Shown here in pieces: positions 25,431-38,635 of a stretch of DNA of 64,000 nucleotides (positions are counted from its first letter, which is position 1; each line of letters opens with the position of its first letter). Source of the stretch: Octopus vulgaris (Eukaryota); assembly GCA_951406725.2 (NCBI GenBank), contig OX597836.1:26908001-26972000 (forward strand), written 5' to 3'. The notes beneath the pieces are model-generated. The model saw only the letters and a program-made list of their open reading frames with translations. It had not been told where the DNA came from and made no database searches. The position numbers and the translations under genes were made by a program.

Positions 25431-26817
25431 CTAAAAAAAAAAAAAAATGGAGAAGAATTTAGCAGTGGTTTAACCTTTGTAAGATCATTAGGACATCCTG
25501 CTGGCTAGTTTGGCATTAGGAAGAAGACATGGCCAATATCTGCAAAATGATACTCATTTTATGTGAATTGAGACACAATTTTTTTTTGTTACATCATCAT
25601 CATCATCATCATTTAAAGTCTGCTTTCAATGTTAGAATGGGTTGGACGATTTGACTGGGGACTGGCGAACCAGATGGCTGCACCAGGCTCCAATCTGGTC
25701 TGGCAGAGTTTCTACAGCTGGGTGCCCTTCCTAACGCCAACCACTCCGAGAGTGTAGTGGGTGCTTTTATGTGCCACTGGTACAAGGGCCAGTCAGGCAA
25801 TACTGGCAACGGCCACGCTCAAATGGTGATATTTACGTGCCACCTGCACAGGAGCCAGTCCAGCGGCACTGGCCACAACCTCGCTCAAATGTATTTTTCA
25901 GGTGCCACTGGCACAAGTGCCCGTAAGGCAACGTTGGTAACAATCACGCTCGAATGGTGCTTTTTACATGCTACCGACACGGAAGCCAGTGAGCCGCTCT
26001 GGCAACGATCATGCTCGGACGGTGCTTTTTACATGCTACCGACACGGAAGCCAGTGAGCCGCTCTGGCAACGATCATGCTCGGATGGTGCTTTTTACATG
26101 CCACCAACACGGAAGCCAGTTAGCCGCTCTGGTAACGATCATGCTCGGATGGTGCTCTTAGCGCTCCACTAGCACTGATGCCAATCATCGAATTTGATAA
26201 CACCCTTATCTTTTTTTGTTACTCATAAAAGGGTTCTGTTTTCTTTAGTGAGGAAGAATCAGTTTATTTTTCCCCAAAGAGTTAATCAACGGCTGGAGCA
26301 GTAATTAGTAAATTGTGGTCTGTGAGTCACATGCAGCTTGCAGGGCTTTCTCAATGGCACACCTTACGTAAAGTGACCTTGAAACTCTTTTTAGCAGTGT
26401 GGCTTGTCTGATGATGAGTCACGTCTCATGTGGCCTACATCTTGAAAAAGGATCTCCATGCCTGACTCAGAGTCCAAACCATTGTGCAAGACCCTTTCTA
26501 CATCACCTCCCCAGGCAAACACAATTCCAAAGATAAACTTACTTAAAAAAAGACATCCTTAAAGTTTTAATTAGACTTATAATAATTAATTAGTAACATA
26601 GACACAAGGCCAGACATTTGATAGGGAAGAGGTTAGTTCATTAAACCATGATACTCGATTGGTGCTTTATGGACGCTGAAAGGATGAAAAACAAAGTTGA
26701 TCTCAACAGGATTTGAACTCAGAATCTAAACAGAATGAAACAAGAAGTCATGCGATGCCCGAGCTTAAACAGGATCACATTAATTATTAAAGAGTGAAAT
26801 AATGGCAGTAAACTCAC

Positions 26818-26867
26818 CGTGGTGATTGCTGTACAGCGAGAAAGCCGAGATATGTCTCCTCGTAAAA
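26818..26867 (-). CDS. CTU1: CTU1 exon 8 (VLRGDISRLSRCTAITT)
   Basis: 50 nt; LRGD..RL.RCT motif; phases match neighbouring exons. Confidence 0.94.
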
Positions 26868-27308
26868 CTACAATAGAAAATAGAAATATACGACATTATC
26901 AAGTCCCCAGCATGGCCACAGTCTAATGACTCAAAACAAATAAAAGATGGAAGATTATAATAATGAAATTATTGTATACAGTGCTCAGGTGCACCACAAC
27001 TTGTCAGAAAGTGCGTATAAAGTGTATGCAGTAATGTACAAATGTCTGGGAAGCGAACAATGTATGAGTCAGATACATGCTTGTGTGTGTATGGAGGGGA
27101 GGAAATCAGGTGAAGTGTTGGCGAATCTCAGGAAGCATGGAAGTTTTGAAGGATGCAAATTAACTGAAACAAACGAAATGGATTCCAACAGAAATACGGC
27201 AATGAAAGGGTAAAGACAAGACTGCATGAACAATAAGATTTAAATTTATAGATTTTTTTTTTGTTGTTGTTGTGGTTTAAAAGCAGGGAGAAGAGAAAAA
27301 ACATAAGA

Positions 27309-27474
27309 GGCGCAGGAGTGGCTGTGTGGTAAGTAGCTTGCTTACCAACCATACGGTTCCGGGTTCAGTCCCACTGTGTGACACCTTGGGCAAGTGTCTT
27401 CTACTATAGCCATGGGCCGACCAAAGCCTTGTGAGTGGATTTGGTAGACAGAAACTGGAAAGAAGCCCATTTTA

Positions 27475-27519
<45 letters not shown>

Positions 27520-27716
27520 GTGTCTGTGTTTGTCCCCTCCAATATCGCATAACAACCGATACTGGTGTGTTCATGTCCCCATAACTTAGCGGTTCGGTAA
27601 AAGAGACCGATAGAATAAGTACTAGGCTTACAAAGAATAAGTCCTGGGTCGATTTGCTCGATTAAAGGTGGTGCTCCAGCTTGGCCTCAGTCAAATGACT
27701 AAAACAAGTAAAAGAG
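27309..27716 (+). mobile_element. tRNA-derived CORE-like SINE family A; other copies at about 10060-10410, 11765-12150, 23963-24265, 30383-30905, 46240-46450, 51530-51880, 53860-54065, 55705-56040, 63830-64000
   Basis: A box gtggctgtgtggtaag, B box ggttcagtccc, CORE-like accttgggcaagt, an internal (TA)n/(TG)n tract, and tail gactgaaacaagtaaaaga. Confidence 0.85.
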
Positions 27717-28932
27717 TATAACCAACCAAATGTTATAAGTAGTTAAAAGGATGAACTTTATAAGAAGCTGTTGATGAGCTCAGGAGTTTCTTTTGAATTT
27801 TCTTTGGTAGTTTCACTAGTGTCAGTGTTACATAAAAAGCACCCAGCCACACCCTGTAAAGTGGTTGGCATTAGGAAGGGCATCCAGCTGTGGAAACCAT
27901 GCCAAAACATGCAGTGGAGCTGGTCACGGTCCTCTGGCTTGCTGGCCCCTGCTGAACAATCCAACCCATGCCTTGCAAGGAAATACATGGCAAGGGGACA
28001 TTAAATCATCAATTAATATCTGTTTTCCATGCTGGCATGGGTTGGACTGTTTGACAGAAGCTGACCAGCTGAAGGGCAGTTCAGGCCCCAGGTTCGTTTT
28101 GGCATGGTTTCCTGATGCCAGTCATTCTACAGAGTGTACTGGGTGCTTTTACGCAACACTGGCATGGGTGCTTTTTAACGTGGTACCAGCACCTACGAGC
28201 CCACAAAATTAGGGATGCTCAGCTGAGGAGGGCTGCAGGGGATGAGCCTGTATGCAAGGACAAACACACTTTTACTTAGCTTGATGTGTCTTTTCAAGTA
28301 CAGCATATAAATTTGTGTGTGTGTGTGTTTATTCATTTAATGTCCATTTTCCTTCCCTGCTACAAGGGCCAGGCAATGGTTTATTTGAGGCAGGATCCTA
28401 TGCCTAGTTGCTCTGTCCAGCTTTTCAAGTAAAAGATTCTTTTCATTTCACTTGGGCAGAAATCATCAAAATGCCACCATTGGAATGTAACCACCATCAC
28501 CATTTCCCTTAGCCAGTGACAAGCAGTTGTGCAATGTCAGCAGCCATGCACATTCACAAATGCATATGTCCTGTACACCAATTATATTTTCACCAACATA
28601 AACACGCAAAACAAGCTTACTTAATTCACCCACAAAATGTGAGTCAGATTGGGGCTATAGCAGAAGATACACTTGCTTACAGCACCATTTAACAAGACCA
28701 AATCCCAAGCTAAATATCCATGCCTCTATCTTATATGCATGTATGTATGTATATAAATATAAGAAGAATTCACAATAAAACAAACGATGAAGACAGGTGG
28801 TGTAGACAACAAACAGATGTATTAGTATAATGCTTGGGAAGTGTAAGAGTCTTTAATGTTTTGAGCCTACGCTCTTCAGCAGAAAGAAACAAAGAAAGAA
28901 AATAAAGAACGTGTAGTGACTAGCGCGATATT

Positions 28933-28963
<31 letters not shown>

Positions 28964-29097
28964 GTGTGTGTGTCTATATATGTATGTATGTGTGTGTGTA
29001 TATATATATGTATGTATGTGTGTGTGTATATATATATGTATGTATGTGTGTGTGTATATATATATGTATGTATGTGTGTGTATATATATATATGTAT

Positions 29098-29151
<54 letters not shown>

Positions 29152-29270
29152 GTGTATATATATATATATATATATGCGTGTGTGTGCATGTATAAAGAGA
29201 AAGAAAGGGAGAGAAGGGTGGAGAGAGAGAGAGAAAGAGAGGCAGACAGGTGCAACATGAAGAAACTCAC

Positions 29271-29312
29271 CATTCATAATAACAGTCTCTGCAATGTCAT
29301 CAGCATTGTGAC
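29271..29312 (-). CDS. CTU1: CTU1 exon 7 ([14 protein letters not shown])
   Basis: 42 nt; TtcA/Ncs6 GHxxDD.AET motif; donor GTGAGT. Confidence 0.95.
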
Positions 29313-30340
29313 CTTTAGAAAAGAAATTGGAGCTGAATTATGGTAAATATTTAGATAGAATGACACGGTGGTATAAGGTGGGAGTGGGAGAATGAAGAAT
29401 ACAGGACTCTCATCTCATTTGAAATCTGCTCACACAGATACATATACACACGTGTGTGCCTAATACACAAGCAAACAAGCATCAATGAATGATTAAAAGA
29501 GAGAAAAAAAAAACTCTGCTGTCAATGCATGAAGTATATGTATTGACACTGTTTATTTAAACAATCTTAGCAGTTGCTTTATAAAATATAATTATATATA
29601 TATATAACCCTGCCTCGAATGGCTTCTGTGCCGGTGGCACATAAAAAGCACCAACCGATCGTGGCCGATGCCAGACCCCTCTGGCACCTGTGCAGGTGGC
29701 ACGTAAAAAGCACTCACTACACTTGCGGAGTGGTTGGCGTTAGGAAGGGCATCCAGCTGTAGAAACACTGCCAGATCAGACTGGAGCCTGGAGCAGTCCC
29801 TGGCTCCCAGACCCCGGTCGAACCGTCCAACCCGTGCTAGCGCGGAAAACGGACGTTAAACGATGATGATGATGATGATGATATATGTGTGTGTGTGTGT
29901 GGAGGCACAATGGCCCAGTGGTTAGGGCAGCGGGCTTGCGGTTTTGATTCCCAGACCGGGCGTTGTGAGTGTTTATCGAGCGAAAATACCTAAAGCTCCA
30001 CGAGGCTTTGGTAGGGGGTGGTGGTGATCCCTGCTGTACTCTTTTGCCACAACTTTCTCTCACTCTTTCTTCTTAGCCAGCAGGGTGGTGTCATTTGAAT
30101 GCTAAAACAATGTGAAGCACATTGTGACCAGCAATGTGTAACAACATCTGATATCCTGGTCGGTCACGGTGATATATATATAAGGAATTTATGTCTAATG
30201 ACATAATGTAATAGGTATTTATAAGTTCTTGGTTTGGTCCACCACTAAAACATTTGCTTGAACTCCAATTTAAGCAAAGGTGGAGCTGAAGCTGTCAAAC
30301 AAAGATGGCAAGAAGTGGTCTGTCATTGAACAGGTGTGTG

Positions 30341-30379
<39 letters not shown>

Positions 30380-30903
30380 AGTGTGGCTGTGTGGTAAGAA
30401 GCTTGTTTCCCATCCACATGGTTCCGGGTTCAATCCCACTGCGTGGCACCTTGGGCAAGTGTCTTGTACTATAGCCCCGGGCCGACCAAAGCCTTGCGAG
30501 TGGATTTGGTAGATGGAAACTGAAAGAAGACCATCACCATCATCATTTAACGTCGTTTTCCATGCTGGCATGGGTTGGACGGTTTGACTGAGGTCTGGCA
30601 AGCCAGCGGCTGCACCAGGCTCCAGTCTGATCTGTCAATGTTTCTACAGCTGGATGCCCTTCCTAACACCAACCACTCCGACAGTGTAGTGGGTGCATAT
30701 TTGTGTGTATCTGTGATTGTCACCCCCACGATTGCTTGACAACCGATGTTGGTGTGCTTACGTCCCTGTAACTTAGCAGTTCGGCAAAAGAGACCAATAG
30801 AATAAGTACTAGGCTTATAAAGAATAAGTCCTGGGGTTGATTTGTTTGACTAAAGGCAGTGCTCCAGCTTGGCCACAGTCAAACGACTGAAACAAGCAAA
30901 AGA

Positions 30904-30940
<37 letters not shown>

Positions 30941-31331
30941 TTTCTGGCTTTAAGGGTATTGTGAAAGGCCTGGTAGGAGGCCCAGCCTTCTGAGCTCTTT
31001 TACAGGGCTTAGAAAAACTGAAGGACTGAGGCAATAAGTGTGTGAATCTGAGAGGGGAACATGTTGAATAAAATCATAATTAACAGATCCTCCAGTATTT
31101 TCTTCTGCCCCAAACCAGGGACTTTTCAGCACCCCCTCATAACCTCAATACATGGCCACGAACGTTGTAGGAATCTGGGGTCATTTCCAGATAAACCCCA
31201 TTTATTAACTTGTACTTCTTTTATCAACCTCACATTAATGGAAAACAAAATCGACCCTGGTGGAGTCTGAACTCATATTTAAAAGCACACATCTCTCACC
31301 TATTGAGTGCATTGAAATACTTAGTGCTCAC

Positions 31332-31409
31332 CTGTCACAATTTTATCAACCTTCAGCATCATGGCCCCACGATCGAGTGCTTGTCGACGAAAAACTCCAC
31401 AAAAAGTAC
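31332..31409 (-). CDS. CTU1: CTU1 exon 6 ([26 protein letters not shown])
   Basis: 78 nt; signature [16 protein letters not shown]; AG acceptor and GTGAG donor. Confidence 0.96.
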
Positions 31410-32118
31410 CTGTGAAAATAAACCAACAATCTTAATAGCAGCAGCAACAACAACACTGAAGTCTTGTATTTCATATTTCAGTCAATATAGAATGGATATT
31501 TTAGAACTGCATGACAGCCCCAACAACCTCCAACATTACCCACCATTTACCATGTCAATGAAAGGGGTCTAACCTGCTAAACATACCAGCCAAATCTCCT
31601 TTAAAATTACATCATAATAGGTGAAACAAATATGTAAGGATACATTGTATAATGTAACCTTAGGTATATTATGCCTGAATAAAAGATGGGTTGGTCATGG
31701 TTGGAACACCTTTGCCTGGAGCAAAACAACAAAAGCATACAAAAAATTAGTCTTTTTAACCACCCCCACTCTCTCTCCTGTTGGCACCACCACCACCACC
31801 ACACTGTCAACATAAATCTTAACATCTGTTGTCATAGTAACCTAAGAATATATTTTTTTTTAATTAGTAGTTCTCAACCAGGGTCCATGCAAACAGAATA
31901 GCAAATTGGGGATCCAAAGCAGACTCTTAAGGGCTCAGGAAACCCTGTTAGGTTTCTTTCTACATAATGTAACATGTTCCCGACCAGCAATTCACCATTT
32001 TGAAGAAGTTCCTATGAAACAAGTTTTTAAACATGAAATGGCTATAGGGATCCCACTAGAGTAAAAAAAAAAATGGTTGAGAACCACTGTTTTAAACCTT
32101 TAGCATTCAGATTACTTT

Positions 32119-32860
32119 CATCATCATTGTCGCTTAACATCCGTTTTCCATGCTGGCATGGGTTGGACGGTTTGACTGAAAACTGGCAAGCCAGAAGGCT
32201 GCACCAGGCTCCAAACTGATCTGGCAATGTTTCTACAGCTGGATGCCCTTCCTAATGTCAACCACTCTGAGAGTGTAGTGGGTGCTTTTTACGTGCCACT
32301 GGCATGAGGGCCAGTCAGGCGGCACTGGCATTGACCACACTCAAATGGTGTTTTTTATGTGCCACCGGTACAGGTGCCTGTCAGGTGGCACTAGCATCAA
32401 CCATGCTCAAATGGTGCTTTTTACGTACCACTGGCACAGGAGCCAGTTAGGTGGCACTGGCACCAAACATACTGAAATGGTGTTATTTACATGCCACTGG
32501 CATCGACCACACTCAAATGGTGTTTTTTACGTTCCACTGGCACAGGAACCAGTCAGGCAACACTAGCATCAACCATGCTCAAATGGCGTTTTTTACATGT
32601 CACTGGCACAGGAGGCAGTCAGGTGACACTAGCATCAACCATGCTCAAATGGTGCTTTTTACATGCCACCGGCACAGGAGCCAATAGGGTGGCACTGGCA
32701 TCAATCATGCTCAAATGGTGTTTTTTACGTGCCACCAGCACAGGAGCTAGTCGGGCGACACTAGCATCAACCATGCTCAAATGGTGTTTTTTACATGCCA
32801 CTGGCACAGGAGCCAGTCAGGCGGAACTGGCATCGACCACGCTCAAATGGTGTTTTTAAC
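32119..32860 (-). mobile_element. RTE 3'-UTR-type repeat carrying about 9-10 tandem ~62-bp units; related copies at 6199-6660, 16290-16575, 23770-23962, 25592-26185, 29610-29880, 30532-30696, 45715-45900
   Basis: (CAT)n tail and the core ttttccatgctggcatgggttggacgg, then repeated ctcaaatggtgctttttacgtgccactggcacaggagccagtcagg units. Confidence 0.8.
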
Positions 32861-33088
32861 ATCAAATGTAACGTTTATATATTCACATTATTTTGAATTA
32901 ATCCTGCATTATGTTGTAACTCCAAGAGTTCAATGATGATTGTTTATCTTTACATTGTAGGGCAGGTGTGAGGGGCTGGATCTGGCCAGTTGGAACATAA
33001 AGCAGGTTGAATATTTTGGCTGGAAATGGTCAGTTTAAATGCTGAAGGGTTGAACAGAAGAAATGTTTCCAAAAAAAGATAAACTCAC

Positions 33089-33146
33089 AATTATTTTTGT
33101 TTCCTGCCGTCTTCACAATGGCATCCATTGTCCACCCGTAAAGTTC
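33089..33146 (-). CDS. CTU1: CTU1 exon 5 (ELYGWTMDAIVKTAGNKNN)
   Basis: 58 nt; LYGWTMD.IV motif; donor GTGAGT. Confidence 0.94.
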
Positions 33147-34437
33147 CTGTTTGTTTTGGAGAAAAAAAAAAAGACAGGAAATACGAAAGGATTAAAGGAT
33201 CAGATGGGTTGGTTGGTGGATGTTAAGTTATGATGTTCATACCTTTTCCCAATGACATCAACAACATAACTGAAATCAAACTGATGGAGATGCAGACACG
33301 TGACATGAACGGACAATAACAGTTGGGTGTTGTTGCTGTTGTTGTTTAGCCCCTGGTCAGTCCTGATCCAGCAAGTTTAGAATCAAAACCATTTCAGCTA
33401 TAACTATCCTGTCTATTTTTCAGACATAGTGTATCTAAGACTACCTGTTGGCATGGGTTGGACGGCATGACCGGTGCAGGTAAGCGTGGGGGGGGGGGGC
33501 ACTGTGCCAGACTCCAGTCTGATTTGCCATGGTTTCTACAGCTGTATGCCCTTCCTAATGTCAACTACTTCATAGAGTGACTGGGTGCTTTTCCATGGCA
33601 CTGCATGGGTGCCTCTATGTGTCATGGCACAGGTGCTTTTGCATGACGCCCCATGGGTGCTTTTGTTCGCCCCTTGTGGGTAATAAAAAATCTGCCACAC
33701 GGGTGCTTTTCTGTGGCACCACTACGAGTGCTTTACACAACCAGCAGGATTTGTCTGCTGTGGAGTACGGGTCTTCTTGAGTACAGCCAAGCACCAGGTA
33801 TCTTGGCCCTTTGTCCTCTCGCCTGAAATCCCATCACCCAGTCTTAAATAATGTAATCTTAGATACACTATGACCCAGGGTGGCATGGTTATAGCAGCAA
33901 TTCCTTCTATCATAGACATGTTCAATCACGATTAGCTGATTTAAACAACAAGCCTTTACAAGGTTCCTCATCTTGCTAGAAAGAGCAGCCAAATATTGTC
34001 AATAATATTTGTATTTAACTGTCTTATGAAAAGAAGCACATGGTGAACAATGTAGTCCTAGGTATACAAAAAAAGACAGGATGGTCACAACTAGAACACC
34101 TGGAGCTAACCAACAAGAACAACATACAATCATCATATTCATAAATTCTTTAATATTCAATACATGAAGGGAAGTGGCCTGGTGGTTAGGGTGTTGCACT
34201 TGCAATCATAAGAACATAGTTTCAATTCCCAGATAAGCAGTTCATTGAGTTCTTGAGCAAAACTCTTCATTTCACATTGCTCCAGTTCACTCAGCTGTAA
34301 GTGAGTGAACCCTGCAATGGACTGGCTTCCTATCCAGGGGGAATGTATAAGAACAACAGAGAGTCTGGTTGGTACATCGATATTCAATACAGAAAATTCC
34401 CTGAGCATCAAAGGTAAAAACAACGTGTGGATGGATG

Positions 34438-34568
<131 letters not shown>

Positions 34569-34569
34569 C

Positions 34570-34626
34570 CTCATATGAAACAATTTTCAAAGGTAGATCA
34601 TACTGTTGTTGGTTCCGCTTCACTGT
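34570..34626 (-). CDS. CTU1: CTU1 exon 4 (TVKRNQQQYDLPLKIVSYE)
   Basis: 57 nt, phase 0/0; VKRN..QY.LPLKI.SY motif. Confidence 0.94.
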
Positions 34627-34869
34627 CTACAAGGAATAAAAAATAAAATTTTGATTGAATCAAGAATCAATGAAGAGAATTCAGTTTTAAAATGAGTTCA
34701 ATCCCACTGCATGGTACCTTAGGTAAGTATCTTCTTCTACAACCCCAGGATGACTAAAGTCTTGTCAGTGGATTTGGTAGGCACAAGTTGAAAGAGCAGC
34801 CAACCATGTGTGCATGAGTGTGTCTGTATCTCCTTGACTCAGCATTGCAGGTTAGTTGTAAGTGATTGT

Positions 34870-35235
34870 CATGAGTCATACAAGCTTTGTCACTTATTTC
34901 CGATATTCTGCAAGGTGGAAAGAACCTGTGGAAGAGGCAGACCCAGGAAGACAAGGGACAAGGTGGTGAAGCATAATTTTTGGATGTTGGATTTCACGGA
35001 GGCAATGACAAAAGATTGAGACCTTTGGTAGTTTGCTGTGCTTCAGAAGATTCGTCAGGCCAAGGGAAAGCATAGTAGTAGACAGTGCCAGTGACACGTA
35101 AAAGGCATCCACTACACTCTTGAAGTGGTTGGCGTTAGGAAGGGCATCCAGCCAAAATGAGACTGGGGCCTGGTGCAACTCTCTGGCTTACCAGTTGCAG
35201 TCGAGCCATCAGAATGATGATGATAATGATGATGG
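34870..35235 (+). mobile_element. RTE LINE 3' end: ORF2 tail, 3' UTR and (TGA)n
   Basis: KVERTCGRGRPRKT.DKVVKH...LDFTEAMTKD.DLW followed by gtggttggcgttaggaagggcatccagc and a GAT-repeat tail. Confidence 0.75.
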
Positions 35236-35693
35236 ACATGTCTGGTCATGGAAAAGTCAGGGTTGGTGAGAGGAAAGGTATCCAGCCATCGAAAATCTGC
35301 CTCAATTATCTCCATTCTGACCTGTGGGTGAGACAGTTTGACAAGAGCTGACCAGGCAGAAGCCTGCACCAAACTTCTGTGGCTGTTTTGGCAGGATTTT
35401 TACAGTTGAATGCCCTTCCTAACACTAACCAATCAGCAAAGTGGACTTTGTGCTTTTTACGTGGCATACGTACAGGCGAGGTTAGTTTTGGCAAGGTTTT
35501 TACAGCTGGATGCCCTTCCTAACACCAACCACTCATCAGAGTGGACTTAGTGCTTTTTACGTGGCACAAGTACAGGTGAGGTCAGTTTTGGCAAGGTTTT
35601 TACAGCTGGATACCCTTCCAAACACTGAAAAAGTTTTAAAATTCAATAAGGAAATATAAAAATAGAAATGAATAAATTAAATTAGAAATTTAC

Positions 35694-35812
35694 CTCTAAC
35701 GAGTCATCTCGGTAACCTGTGATTCCTTCATCAACAGAAAGTAAAATTAAATTAAGACCGTAATTATATCTGGAGTTGAGTACCTTCAAGACATGTGCGA
35801 GAACTGTTGAGT
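35694..35812 (-). CDS. CTU1: CTU1 exon 3 ([40 protein letters not shown])
   Basis: Completes SGGKDS; DEGI.GYRDDSL motif; AG and GT flanks; 119 nt. Confidence 0.95.
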
Positions 35813-37154
35813 CTGTAATGAAGATGAGAAACCATCAGGGGTTATCGGTTAATTCTAAATAAGACAGTGGAAAAAGAGTTTATATAAAAATTATACAAAA
35901 GGTTATTGTGTCTGGGGAGAGACATACTGCTTTAATATCTAACACACTCACCAGTTTAATTTCTACTCTTTTTTTTTGTTTTCTAAAAATTTTTGCTGCT
36001 CTTACAACCTTGTCAATAGAAAACTTTTGGAAGACACACACAGACAAAAAAAAGAGTAGAAATTGAACTGGTGAGTGTGTTAGATATAAAGGCAGCATGA
36101 CTCCCCAGACACAACAAAATTTGTTTCAACACACAAATTCACATAAAGAATCTTGCAAACCAGATACAAAAATGAAATATATGAAAGGTGTAATACAGAA
36201 TGGGTGTGATAGATGGGTTGCGTAAATATTGGAGAAGAACCGCATAAGACTGGTTGAGAGAGAAGCGAATATAAATGGATCCAAACTGTGTCTTTTAATT
36301 GAGTCTTCAGTCAACCGGAACTAAATGGTAGAATTAGAGTATTGGACAATATGTGTTGCAGTATTTGTTATGGTTCTATATGTTCTGGGTTCAAATCCCT
36401 ATTGAAGACAACTTTGTCTTTCATCCTTTCAGGGTAATTAAAATAAAGGACCAGTCTGATGTAATCAACTGCCTCCTCCCCTGCTCCTTCTCAAATCTCA
36501 GACATTGTGTTTGTATTAGAAACAATTAAATAGCCCTGTGTCAGGTCCGATCAAACAAACTATGATTAAAGCCATTCAAGCCATGCCCATCCCACTTACT
36601 AGTATATCTTGTTTACATTGTCAAAAGTGCCAGTTGGTCTTTAAAACAGTAGGATGTGGTTTGGGGAAGATTTGACTGCTATTTCTAGAAGCTCAAGCAA
36701 GCCCTTTGTTAATGCTGTTTAGTCCAGGTTAGTCCTTGATATTTATTTTTATATCGTGTGAAGTTCCAATGTATCCTTCTTTATTTGAATATGGTGGAAT
36801 TTGAGGAATATCTGGCTGTTATTTCTAGCAGGTCGACGCAATACTTTACGAGGAATACTTTATTTTATCAATTCCAGACGAATGAAAAGTGAAGTTGACG
36901 TCGGTTGATTTGAATAGCGAACGTAAAGGGAGATAACTTGTTACAATGCGATATTGCGTCTGACAACGTGAACGATTCCATTCTGGCATGGATGGGGTGG
37001 ATGGGTACCAAAGACAGTTGGAGGGTGGGGGCTGAAAGAAAGGAATGACGAAGCAAGCAAACAGAAGGGAAACAGTCAACTGTGGTTTTCAACAGGCAAA
37101 ACAACAATAGCAAGAACAAGAATTGAGAACAATAAAATAAATAAAAGTTTTTAC

Positions 37155-37278
37155 CTTTACCACCTGAAGCCCCTATTGCAATGGTTTCTCCCTCTGTAAA
37201 CAGTTTGGCTGATACAATTGTTTGATGAATCTCCTCTTCAAACACATAGAAGAAGCATTCTTTGCAAAGACAGCAGCC
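37155..37278 (-). CDS. CTU1: CTU1 exon 2 ([41 protein letters not shown])
   Basis: AG and GT flanks; 124 nt; LCKECF motif and start of the PP-loop (SGGK). Confidence 0.95.
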
Positions 37279-38160
37279 CTAAAGAACAGAACAGAACCAT
37301 GATGACAATAAGGAATTTTAAAATTAATGCCATGTTTGTGAAACTGATGTTGGAAGGAATCAGCTGTACTATTCTTTAGTATTGAAACTGGCCCTACCCA
37401 GCCAAAATATTCTGCCTCATCTTCGAACTGGCCCTATCTGGCCAAAATATTCTGTTCCATCTCCAAACAGGCCAGATCTGGCTTCTCACACTTACTCTAC
37501 AATATTATTCTAAAAATAAACAATAACATCATTGAAATCTCAAAGCTGAAAAGTAATGCACTATTGATTCAAAGCAATGTGAACAAGGTGTTACATTTGG
37601 CAGAAAGGTGCTTGGAGACAACGGGTAACCAAGTGCTCCTGCTCCTCTCAATCATGGTCAGGTCGTTGGTGACTAAACTGGCTCCCCTCTTGATGCAACC
37701 TGCTGGATCATGGAAGAGGGTGTGAGGGCACCCATCAGAACTAAAAACAAAATCTGTTCAAACAGGGGCACAGGATTGCTGTCCTTGTCCCTCACCACAC
37801 CAAACTAAGACCCTGTGGGTCAAGCAGAGGAAACTAGATCTCCGAATTAAATGATTGATCTTAGCAGAAGAGGGCGATGTCAGATGGACTGGCTAGAAAG
37901 GTGCAACTCTAAGAACAGCAGAGCTAGCAGTATTCCGTTGCAACCCATCTTCTGGACTTTGCATGTCACTCTGGGTAGTGTCATGGTAGAAGGATTTAGG
38001 ATCATAGTGCATGGGGACTATCTTGGTAAGGAGATCTCCACCCAAAACAATTTCATGCCATTGGCTGGTTTCTTTTTGATCCAACTCTTCCTTCTTTTTT
38101 TTTGTTCCAGCATTTGGCAGAGAAATCTGAATGACAAAAAGTTAAATATTTAAGTCTTTT

Positions 38161-38635
38161 CAGTTCTATATTTAAGAGATGAAGAAATATGTACATTATT
38201 TACATCTGACAGAGATATTTATCCTCATCTTGCTTGTTGTTAACACAATGTTTTGCCTGATATACCCACCAGCCTTCATCAGGTGTCTTGGGGAAATTTC
38301 AAATCTGGGTTCTCATTCCTAAGGTATTTTTCGATGTTGTTATTATCATTATTATTATTCAGGTCACTGCCTGGAATTGAACTAGGAATCTTGGGTTAGT
38401 AGCCAGCACTCTTAACCACTATGCCATATGCCCGTAGGCCATATTCATATGTGCCACTATGCCATATGCCTCAAGATTTCGAGTTCGATTCCAGGCAGTG
38501 ACCTGAATAATAATAATATCGAAAAATACCTTAGGAATGAGAACCCAGGTTCAAAATTTTCCAAAGACACCTGATGAAGGCTGGAGGGTATATCAGACGA
38601 AACATGTTAACAACAAACGTCAAATGTAAATAATG
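38161..38635. mobile_element. palindromic element of two head-to-head tRNA-head plus hammerhead units; similar structure at 24269-24622
   Basis: The arms are reverse complements of each other; tRNA-like A and B boxes lie in the centre and hammerhead remnants in each arm; flanked by tatttaagtctttt and tatttaggtctttt (14-bp TSD-like). Confidence 0.7.

Noticed and set aside
28876-29346. Long YI/CV/HT-rich ORFs, also at 4031-4364, 46873-49677, 53158-53586 and 61086-61459
   Set aside because: They are translations of (TA)n, (TG)n, (TATG)n and (TATC)n microsatellites; only the embedded CTU1 exon 7 is real.
32280-32860. Repeat-spacer-like pattern and the overlapping ORFs
   Set aside because: The apparent spacers are homologous to one another; the array belongs to a dispersed RTE 3' UTR repeat, and the ORFs are by-products.
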